45,152 bases of DNA from an uncultured Peptococcaceae bacterium. GTDB taxonomy: Bacteria; Bacillota; UBA994. The notes under the pieces are model-generated. The model saw only the letters and a list, made by a program, of their open reading frames with translations. It ran no database searches and was not told the origin of the DNA. Both the position numbers and the translations under genes were made by a program. The DNA lies in assembly GCA_964349715.1 (NCBI GenBank), contig CAYGHR010000004.1, positions 1 to 45,152 on the forward strand, given 5' to 3'. Of the stretch, positions 16,593-23,889 are shown one piece after another; the stretch's first letter is position 1; every line of letters starts with the position of its first letter.

Positions 16593-16616
16593 CAAAAAAT
16601 CGCTTTGTCACTTGGG

Positions 16617-17354
16617 TTACTGTTCGCCACCCCCGACGGTTTTCCTGCCGGCGGCACGATAGAGGGAGGTGACTTCCTCCACAGTGAGATGGCGATATGC
16701 CCCCTTGGCTAAGCCTCCTAAGGCTAGTGGTCCTAAGGAAACGCGCTTGAGGTAGGTCACCTTATGTCCGACAACACCGCACATGCGCCGGACTTGGCGG
16801 TTCCTGCCTTCATGAATAGTGAGCGTAAACCGTGTTCCTGTTCTGGTAGAAGTGACAGCATCTACCTGAGCGGGCGCCGTGAAACCGTCTTCGAGCTGCA
16901 CCCCCCGCTCAAGAACAGCCACAGCGGTAGCAGACAGCTGGCCTACCACTTCGACTAAGTACGTCTTTGGTACGCAGTGGGACGGGTGCAGAAGGCACCC
17001 AGCGAGATCCCCATCGTTAGTTAGAAGTAAGAGGCCCTCCGTCGCTTGGTCGAGCCTGCCGACCGGATACACTCGCGCTTCAAGGTCGCGGCAAAGCTCC
17101 ATGACTGTGTGCCGGGAATGTGTATCCCGTACGGTGGTAATGTAACCCGCGGGCTTATGTAGCATCACATAGGTCAAGCGCTCACGGCTGCCAACTGCTT
17201 TGCCATCTAGGCTTATTTGGTCGCTTTCTTCGACCTTAGTTCCGAGGGCTGTTACGGTGATGCCGTTTACTTGAACCCTGCCCTGCACAATGAGCTCTTC
17301 TGCCGCCCGACGCGAGGCGACACCCGCTTGGGCGAGCAGCTTCTGGAGCCTCAT
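16617..17354 (-). CDS. rluB: 23S rRNA pseudouridine synthase (RluB/RsuA family) with S4 domain
   Basis: S4 motif (RLQK.LA.AGVASRR.AE.LI..GRV.VNG) and catalytic PVGRLD..TEGLLLLTNDG. Confidence 0.9.
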   Translation of the reverse strand: MRLQKLLAQAGVASRRAAEELIVQGRVQVNGITVTALGTKVEESDQISLDGKAVGSRERLTYVMLHKPAGYITTVRDTHSRHTVMELCRDLEARVYPVGRLDQATEGLLLLTNDGDLAGCLLHPSHCVPKTYLVEVVGQLSATAVAVLERGVQLEDGFTAPAQVDAVTSTRTGTRFTLTIHEGRNRQVRRMCGVVGHKVTYLKRVSLGPLALGGLAKGAYRHLTVEEVTSLYRAAGRKTVGGGEQ

Positions 17355-18121
17355 TTGCCACTCTCCGCCAAACAGTCGAACATCGTGTAGAGACCGGGGG
17401 CCCTGCCGTGAACAAAACGTATAGCTCGTAGCGCACCGTGCGCAAAGGTCTCACGCGACAGCGCGTGATGCGTGAGGACTATTCTCTCGCCCTGCCCCGC
17501 GAAGTGAGCTTGGTGTTCGCCCACCATTTCTCCGATGCGCAAACTTAGGCAAGGTGTATCGGGGCCAAGGAACTCCAACATGCGTTTGGCGGTACCGCTA
17601 GGCGCGTCTAGCTTGTGTTTATGGTGAAGCTCAACTACAGCGGCGTCATAAGCTTCTCCTAACTCACGCGCCAGGCTATCTAAGGCGCGGTAGAAAGCGT
17701 GAATACCGACAGACATATTAGGTGAAAGGAGCACCGGTACATGGCGCGCTGTTTCCCGCACAGCCGCCATTTGCACGGCATCTAGGCCCGTAGTACCACA
17801 GACAACTGCCCATCGCGCCTCCCTAGCTATAGCCATGGCCTTCATAGAAACCTCGGGGCGAGTGAAGTCGACCAAAACATCAGCTTCGCGTGTCATCAGT
17901 TCCTCAGTCGTACACACGCACACGTCTCTCGCGAGGTCTAGCTGCTTCCCTAAGAGCGGATGCGACGCTTGTTCCGAGGCCGCTGTTACGCGCATATCGT
18001 TGGTCTGTGAGATAAGCCCTGCTATTAACGATCCCATGCGCCCGCCTACCCCAACTATCGCCACCCTAATCAAAGAAGAACACCGTCCCTTCACTCGCCG
18101 CTTATCCCATAGTTTGTCCAT
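17351..18121 (-). CDS. dapB: 4-hydroxy-tetrahydrodipicolinate reductase (short form)
   Basis: VAIVGVGGRMG Rossmann motif and ELHHKHKLDAPSGTA catalytic motif. The start is uncertain: ATG 18121, TTG 18073 (giving the typical MIRVAIVG N-terminus) or TTG 18142. Confidence 0.85.
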   Translation of the reverse strand: MDKLWDKRRVKGRCSSLIRVAIVGVGGRMGSLIAGLISQTNDMRVTAASEQASHPLLGKQLDLARDVCVCTTEELMTREADVLVDFTRPEVSMKAMAIAREARWAVVCGTTGLDAVQMAAVRETARHVPVLLSPNMSVGIHAFYRALDSLARELGEAYDAAVVELHHKHKLDAPSGTAKRMLEFLGPDTPCLSLRIGEMVGEHQAHFAGQGERIVLTHHALSRETFAHGALRAIRFVHGRAPGLYTMFDCLAESGK

Positions 18122-18166
18122 GCGGGCTGCGCCTTCAAACAAGAGCCCCCATTGCGGGGGCTCTCT

Positions 18167-18625
18167 CTACTCCACTTCCACAATCATCTCTACCTCTACT
18201 GCGGCGCCTAAGGGCAGGCTGGCCATACCTACCGAGGAACGAGCATGTGTCCCCCGCTCCCCAAAGATGGCCTGAAGGAGCTCTGAGGCCCCGTTCACCA
18301 CCTTAGGTTGCGCGGTAAAATCGGGTGTGCTGCTGACAAACCCAGTGATCTTGACAATACGTTTAACCCGATTGAGGTCTGGCTCGACAGTCTTAAGAGC
18401 CGCCAAACCGTTAAGGGCACACAAACGTGCGGCTGCGGCTGCCTGTGCGATGTCAACATCGTGCCCTAGAGTGCCCCGACACTGAAGTACACCTTCGGCT
18501 AAGGGCAACTGGCCGGAAACGAAAACCAAGTTACCTGTGCGCACGGCAGGTACATATGCCGCTACAGGCTTAGCGGCCTCTGGGATAATTACACCTAACT
18601 CAGCTAGTCGCTTTTCAATGGACAA
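18167..18625 (-). CDS. RidA/YjgF-family protein
   Basis: Family pattern (Y.PAV..G.LVFVSGQ.P; AR..VG...LP.GA.VE.E). Start placed at TTG 18625, 6 nt after SD GAGGAGGGA. The ORF-track extension to 18718 overlaps spmB. Confidence 0.85.
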   Translation of the reverse strand: MSIEKRLAELGVIIPEAAKPVAAYVPAVRTGNLVFVSGQLPLAEGVLQCRGTLGHDVDIAQAAAAARLCALNGLAALKTVEPDLNRVKRIVKITGFVSSTPDFTAQPKVVNGASELLQAIFGERGTHARSSVGMASLPLGAAVEVEMIVEVE

Positions 18626-18677
18626 AGTGCATCCCTCCTCGCAATCAACACCATCTTGCCACATTCTCCTATGGAAA

Positions 18678-19196
18678 TCAACCCGAGCCGAAGAGGTGTC
18701 GGCAAACAATGACCGCAAAGGCCAGCCCGGCTACATCCGCCAGCAACCCGGTCAGTAGGCTGTGCCTAATACGCCTGACGCCCACTGCGCCAAAGTACAC
18801 TGTTACAACGTACAGGGTTGTATCTGTCCCTCCCTGAACTGTGGAAGCCAACAGGCCGAGAAAGGAATCAGGACCGTGCGCGCGCAGAATATCCGCAGTA
18901 AGCGCGAGGGAGCCGCTGCCGGTCAGCGGTCGCAGGAGCGCTAACGGGGCAATCTCGCGCGGTATGCCGAAGAGCTCCACTAACCCTCCGACTTGTTCCA
19001 CCAGTGAGTTCAGTAAGCCGGATGAGCTAAGGACATTGACAGCCATGAGCATGGCCAATATGAAGGGGAAGAGACGGAGACTGATCAACGCCCCGTCCTT
19101 CGCCCCTTCCACAAATTCATCAAAGACCGCCACCCGCCGCAGCAGACCTGCCAAAACAATCGCAGCGCACACTAAGAGCACAATCAACTGCGCCAC
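18678..19196 (-). CDS. spmB: spore maturation protein B
   Basis: 172-aa membrane protein with a nucleoside-recognition/Gate-like domain. Conserved dacB-spmA-spmB order as in B. subtilis. GTG start overlaps the spmA end. Confidence 0.85.
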   Translation of the reverse strand: MAQLIVLLVCAAIVLAGLLRRVAVFDEFVEGAKDGALISLRLFPFILAMLMAVNVLSSSGLLNSLVEQVGGLVELFGIPREIAPLALLRPLTGSGSLALTADILRAHGPDSFLGLLASTVQGGTDTTLYVVTVYFGAVGVRRIRHSLLTGLLADVAGLAFAVIVCRHLFGSG

Positions 19197-19768
19197 CGCT
19201 TCCGAAATAACCTGTCGCAGACCAAACCGATGACTGTGGCCGCAAGTCCGGTCAACAGAGTGCTGTCAACGACTGCAGCCGGGTGCGCACTGCCTAAGGC
19301 TAACCTTAACCCCACCACAGATGCCGGAAATAACGCGAGACCAGTTGTGTTAAGTGCCAGCAGAGTACACATGGCGTCACTGGCCCGGTCTTTGGATGGA
19401 TTGATCTGCTGCAGCAAAGTCATAGCGCGAAGCCCCAGTGGCGTCGCCGCATTCCCAAGCCCCAGAAAAGTAGCGCATACATTGAGAGTTACAGCCGTAA
19501 GTGCCTGCTCGTGACCGCGCAAAGAGGGAAACAGAAGCAAAAACAAAGGTCGCAGTAGGGCTCCGAGCCCCGCTACCAGCCCTGCCCGTTCCGCAATACG
19601 AGCTAGCCCTGACCAAAAGGCCATGACTCCTATCAGCCCCATGGTCAGGGCAATGGCCTGCTCGCCGCTTTGTAGAAGTACTTGGGCGATGATTGCGGCG
19701 TCGTTAGTGGCGGCGAGAGCGTAGAGAATGCCGCTGAGTATCAGGAGAGCCCAAATGGCGTTCATCAT
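19184..19768 (-). CDS. spmA: spore maturation protein A
   Basis: Membrane protein starting MMNAIWALLIL, like the SpmA N-terminus. The ATGATGA arrangement overlaps the dacB stop. The ORF-track extension to 19840 is unlikely. Confidence 0.85.
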   Translation of the reverse strand: MMNAIWALLILSGILYALAATNDAAIIAQVLLQSGEQAIALTMGLIGVMAFWSGLARIAERAGLVAGLGALLRPLFLLLFPSLRGHEQALTAVTLNVCATFLGLGNAATPLGLRAMTLLQQINPSKDRASDAMCTLLALNTTGLALFPASVVGLRLALGSAHPAAVVDSTLLTGLAATVIGLVCDRLFRKRWRS

Positions 19769-20922
19769 GCAGGCCACCGCAGGGAATATTCCAAGAAACG
19801 TAAGTACTGCTGCGCGAGGTCCGCCAGCCTCCGAAGCCAAGATGTATGTGCTGCGGCTTGGTCGGCGACGAGCGGAATCGAAGCCGCCTGGTGCCCCTCT
19901 ATGACAACCGCCAGCTGCCCAATGACGCTACCGCTCATAACCGGAGGCCTCACCTCGCGCGGAAGGTCAATTTCTGTAACGACAGCTAGTGGGCGTCCCC
20001 GCGGCACGACCCACGCCATTTTGCGCTCGGCCATAGCCCCAATGACGGAGGGAAACCCGTGCGCTACGTGCACCGAACCTAGGTACTGGCCCCGCTCGAC
20101 CAAAACTACTCGCTGATAATTGGCAAAGCCCCACTCTAGGAGTGCGCGCGTCTCACCGTAGTGATCAGGAGAGTTCAACACAATGGCCAGCAGTTGCCAT
20201 CCCTGGCGGGTGGCAGAGGCAGCCAGACACCGTCCGGCGGCCCTAGTCCACCCTGTCTTGACACCATCTGCCCCCGGCATCAGCTGTAACAGCCGATTGG
20301 TATTATGCCAGATACGGTCATACCCGCGGCCTTCCCACGGGGCGCGGTAGCGGGTCGTACTCACTACCCGACGCAGAAAGCGGTCGCTCAGGAGTGCGCG
20401 GGTGATGAGCGCCATGTCATAAGCGGTCGACAGATGCTTCGCGTTCGGAAGCCCATTGGGGTTGACAAAATGCGAATCCAAGGCCCCCAGTTCCCTAGCC
20501 CGCGCGTTCATAGCGGCTGCGAATGCTTCGACGCTACCCGCAAGAAAGTAGGCAATTGCCAAGGCGGCATCGTTGCCGGAACGCATTAACAGACCATAGA
20601 CCAGGTTTCTCAGTGTGATGTTCTCCCCCGGCGAAAGCCAGATGTTGCGCGGCTCTACCTTTGCTACTTGCGGTGGGATAACCACCACAGCGTCGAGCTT
20701 CCCGCTCTCTGCCGCCAGTAGTGCAGTCATAATCTTAGTCAGACTGGCGATCGGCACGCGCCCGTGCACGTTCTTGCCCTGTAATACTACTCCGCTCTCC
20801 ACATCCATCAGTATCGCCGCCGACGCCCTTGTGGGTACGTCCGCTAACTGCGCGGAGCCTAACGGCGCGCCTAGACACACTAGGCACGCCAAGGCTGCAG
20901 CTAGCAGTGCAATAACGCGCAC
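19765..20922 (-). CDS. dacB: D-alanyl-D-alanine carboxypeptidase (S11, DacB-like, sporulation-associated)
   Basis: SxxK (ASLTKIMT), SGN (RSGND) and KTG (VKTGWT) motifs, plus a signal/TM N-terminus. Start at GTG 20922 after SD GGAGGGGAGG. Confidence 0.88.
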   Translation of the reverse strand: MRVIALLAAALACLVCLGAPLGSAQLADVPTRASAAILMDVESGVVLQGKNVHGRVPIASLTKIMTALLAAESGKLDAVVVIPPQVAKVEPRNIWLSPGENITLRNLVYGLLMRSGNDAALAIAYFLAGSVEAFAAAMNARARELGALDSHFVNPNGLPNAKHLSTAYDMALITRALLSDRFLRRVVSTTRYRAPWEGRGYDRIWHNTNRLLQLMPGADGVKTGWTRAAGRCLAASATRQGWQLLAIVLNSPDHYGETRALLEWGFANYQRVVLVERGQYLGSVHVAHGFPSVIGAMAERKMAWVVPRGRPLAVVTEIDLPREVRPPVMSGSVIGQLAVVIEGHQAASIPLVADQAAAHTSWLRRLADLAQQYLRFLEYSLRWPA

Positions 20923-20995
20923 AATGAAAGCCTCCCCTCCATATCGATTATATGGCAGGGGAGGTGGTAGTAGCACTCGAGGAGTCCGGCCCGGA

Positions 20996-21388
20996 CTACT
21001 CGGTTACACCTGTTTGGGGAGGGTTGATCATGCTTTGAATTTGCTGCAGTATCTGCGGAGCTACGTCAATGATGCGGTCAACTACAGTGTTTGTGTCGAC
21101 AGGCAACAGCCTAATGTTGCCTGTACCTACCACCAAGAAGGCCACAGGCTGTACCGTTACACCCGCACCTGAGCCGCCGCCAAAAGGATGCATGCCATCG
21201 GCATGATTCCTGCCGGCCTCAAACTCGCTGCCCCCCGCAGCAAACCCGAAGGTCACACGCGAGATGGGCATAATTACGCTGCCGTCAGGGGTCTCAACCG
21301 GGTCACCCACGATGGTGTTTACGTCCACCATGTCCTTGATGCTCTCCATGGCGGTTTTCATCAGTCCCTGAATAGGGTGATTCTCCAA
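20996..21388 (-). CDS. ytfJ: sporulation protein YtfJ (GerW family)
   Basis: HPIQGLMKTAMESIKDMVDVNTIVGDPVETPDGSVI and the glycine-rich GGGSGAGV..PVAFLVV motif are typical of YtfJ/GerW. TTG start. Confidence 0.88.
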   Translation of the reverse strand: MENHPIQGLMKTAMESIKDMVDVNTIVGDPVETPDGSVIMPISRVTFGFAAGGSEFEAGRNHADGMHPFGGGSGAGVTVQPVAFLVVGTGNIRLLPVDTNTVVDRIIDVAPQILQQIQSMINPPQTGVTE

Positions 21389-21965
21389 GCCTACTCACCG
21401 CTCCTTTCCTGTGCTTTCGTCGTCTCCACAGCAGTAGACCTTGCGCATACATAATGTGCGCAACGCGCAGGGAGAATATGCACTGCAGGAAAGTCCTAAA
21501 CTCATGGCGGTTGAAGCTCGGAGATACGGCCACTGTTACGTCCTCTGCCTGCGCGCGCGTGCGTCTCTGCAACAGGCTGAGCAGGGTCCCCTTACAAGTC
21601 CAGATTATGCCGCTAAGGAGTGCTGTGAGGGCGGCGTCGCCCACACCTACGTTTGTCTGCCATGTCAGCGAGCGTACTTCCAGCCGATCAAACAAAAACC
21701 GCATCACGGGGCTATATTGGGTGGATAGCAGGTGATACGTCTCTATAAATGTGGGTTCAATTTCCAAAGGACTGCCCCGCCCAGGGAAGCCGAGCACCGG
21801 CATTTCCTTTCTGTAGACAACTAATCCCAAAGGCGCGACCATACTGAGGGTCAGGGTGTCGGATGCGCCTCGCCTAAGATATGTCAGCTCAAGTTCGGCA
21901 CGGGTGAGATAGGCAACTGCCAAGAGAGCCAAAAGGATAACTGACAGAGATAAAGCTAGAGCCAA
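21303..21965 (-). CDS. ytfI: YtfI-like membrane protein (DUF2953), sporulation-associated
   Basis: N-terminal TM segment, correct size, and position directly upstream of ytfJ as in Bacillus. Start proposed at TTG 21965, 7 nt after GGAGAGGAA; the ORF-track start is 21983. The 3' end overlaps ytfJ by 86 nt. Confidence 0.6.
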   Translation of the reverse strand: MALALSLSVILLALLAVAYLTRAELELTYLRRGASDTLTLSMVAPLGLVVYRKEMPVLGFPGRGSPLEIEPTFIETYHLLSTQYSPVMRFLFDRLEVRSLTWQTNVGVGDAALTALLSGIIWTCKGTLLSLLQRRTRAQAEDVTVAVSPSFNRHEFRTFLQCIFSLRVAHIMYAQGLLLWRRRKHRKGAVSRLGESPYSGTDENRHGEHQGHGGRKHHRG

Positions 21966-22022
21966 GCAAACATTCCTCTCCAAGGGTTTTCTGTAGCATA
22001 CCCATCCTACAGATTACCTACG

Positions 22023-22523
22023 CTAGGAGCGGCTTGGCGGCAAGTCTTTTAGGGAGAAGAGATTAAACTGCTCTAGAAACGTGTCGGTAGTCCCGTAGAG
22101 AATGGGCCGTCCAACCGACTCTTTACGGCCCACCTCGCAAATGAGATTCCTTTCCATTAGGTTCAGCAGAGAGCGCTCACACTTCACGCCGCGCTGTTCC
22201 TCTATCTCCAAGCGAGTAATGGGCTGCCGATAGGCCACCAGCGCCAACACCTCAAGCGCCGGCTTGGATAGACGATACCTTTTTTGACTCGCCAGTTGAC
22301 TCACCAACTCCGCAGCCTCCGGCTTGGTAACCAACTGCCAACCGCCGGCCACCGCCCGGAGCATGATGCCGCGCAGAGGCTTCTCTAAGCTCTCCTGATA
22401 GCTAGCGAGCAGCAACTTACACTCGCTCGCGCTTACCCCCAGAATGTCGCACAACTTCGCCTCACCTACAGGTTCCGAGGCGGCAAACAGCACTGCTTCG
22501 AGCAAACCTAATCTGTCAAGCAA
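22023..22523 (-). CDS. scpB: segregation and condensation protein B
   Basis: LEAVLFAA.EP, then GI.L..VAGG.Q.VTK, and winged-helix repeats. Follows scpA with an 8-nt overlap. Confidence 0.9.
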   Translation of the reverse strand: MLDRLGLLEAVLFAASEPVGEAKLCDILGVSASECKLLLASYQESLEKPLRGIMLRAVAGGWQLVTKPEAAELVSQLASQKRYRLSKPALEVLALVAYRQPITRLEIEEQRGVKCERSLLNLMERNLICEVGRKESVGRPILYGTTDTFLEQFNLFSLKDLPPSRS

Positions 22524-23241
22524 CGCGCCCCTCCCCCTGCGCGCAGAGGAAAAGCTCCCCGCACTCGCTGTCCATCAGCTCTACTTGCCCTAGCCTAATC
22601 AGCTCCAGCAACCCCAAGAAAATCACGATGATATGTAGCCTGCTACTTCCCTGCGGGAAGAGATCGCCTACCCGCAATCTAGCTTGGCCATTGAACATAT
22701 CCTGCAGGTAGGTAATTGCTTCTGACAGAGTAAACTCCTCCGGAGGAATCTCCATCGTCAAGGCAGAGGCCTGGTGGAGCAGGTGCTGGAATGCCATCAC
22801 CAGCGACATCAGGGATGTCTGTAAAACGGGCGGTCCGCTAGGCTGCTCATCCACCATGCCGCGAACATAAAGGCGTGAAGCCACGAGGGCTAGTTCCTCC
22901 AAGGCGTCCGCAGCAGCCTGATAGTCCTGGCCGCCGAAGCGCACGCTAGGTGTCAAACCCGCTTCCTCCGACTCATCTAATGCTACCGCCACATCGTTAT
23001 CCTCGCGAGCGGGAAGCATAGACTTGGACTTGTAACGCAAGAGGCTAGCACACAAGACCAGTTCCGCGCCTGCATCGTCTGCGCTTAAGGGAGAGTCCGG
23101 GTCGAGTATGGCCAGAACCACTTGCTCTGCCACTTGCGCAAGACTCAGAGAGTAGACGTCTATATGGCCGTTTAGTACCAGCGCGGTTAATGACGCCAGT
23201 GTACCGGTATAAGTCGAACATGAGATGCTAAGCCCGCTCAC
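22516..23241 (-). CDS. scpA: segregation and condensation protein A (kleisin)
   Basis: Kleisin-like N- and C-terminal winged-helix segments (..IDVYSLSLAQV..; FLGLLELIR.GQV.L). Start proposed at GTG 23241, which forms a GTGA overlap with the upstream stop. The ORF-track start at 23286 would overlap by 49 nt. Confidence 0.8.
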   Translation of the reverse strand: MSGLSISCSTYTGTLASLTALVLNGHIDVYSLSLAQVAEQVVLAILDPDSPLSADDAGAELVLCASLLRYKSKSMLPAREDNDVAVALDESEEAGLTPSVRFGGQDYQAAADALEELALVASRLYVRGMVDEQPSGPPVLQTSLMSLVMAFQHLLHQASALTMEIPPEEFTLSEAITYLQDMFNGQARLRVGDLFPQGSSRLHIIVIFLGLLELIRLGQVELMDSECGELFLCAQGEGRVA

Positions 23242-23888
23242 ATCACTACCCCTACCACGGCCAGAATAGCTCGAAACATACCCCACAGCAAAGCATTGCT
23301 GAGGGGCCTAAGTATGGTCCCAATCAAGCCGGTAGCCATGAGAAGGATGAGTATGAAGAAGCCCCATTGCTGCGCTAAGCTCTGAAAACGGTAGGCTAAT
23401 CGCCTCGGCAGCAGGCTAGCGAGCACTTTAGAGCCATCAAGGGGAGGAATGGGCAGCATGTTAAAAACAGCCAAAACAACATTGATAGAGAAACCTGTCC
23501 TTAGCAGCTGCGCTCCAAATGAGTCTTCCAGCATAGGGTTGGTGGTTAACAGCACTACAAACCCAAACATTAACAGAAAGGCCGTCACTATGTTAGAGAT
23601 CGGACCTGCGACTGATACCAAAAGAATCCCCTGTCGCTGATTGCGATAGTAGCTAGGGTCGATTTCTACTGCCTTGCCCCAGCCAAAGCCAAAGACGAGC
23701 AAAGTAATGAGTCCGAGGGGATCGATATGGGCCAGCGGGTTAAGGGTAATGCGCGCGTTGTATCGTGGCGTGGGGTCGCCGAGGCGGTGTGAAACCCAGG
23801 CGTGGGAGAATTCGTGCACTGTAACCGCGAGCAACAACGAAGGCAACAAGAAAATGAGGTTCTCGGGTAGTAACGACAGGATGTCCAC
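23238..23888 (-). CDS. site-2 protease family (M50-like) membrane zinc metalloprotease
   Basis: HEFSHA zinc motif inside the first TM region. Later NMLPIPPLDG motif. About 6 TM segments. GTG start after SD AAGGGAGGAAA. Confidence 0.85.
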   Translation of the reverse strand: MDILSLLPENLIFLLPSLLLAVTVHEFSHAWVSHRLGDPTPRYNARITLNPLAHIDPLGLITLLVFGFGWGKAVEIDPSYYRNQRQGILLVSVAGPISNIVTAFLLMFGFVVLLTTNPMLEDSFGAQLLRTGFSINVVLAVFNMLPIPPLDGSKVLASLLPRRLAYRFQSLAQQWGFFILILLMATGLIGTILRPLSNALLWGMFRAILAVVGVVM

Positions 23889-23889
23889 G

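Noticed and set aside
21443-21461. Near-palindrome GCGCATACATAATGTGCGC upstream of ytfJ, considered as an operator or forespore promoter element.
   Set aside because: Only the outer 5-7 bp pair. It lies inside the ytfI-like coding frame. The surrounding sequence matches the sigmaF/sigmaG consensus only with wrong spacing.
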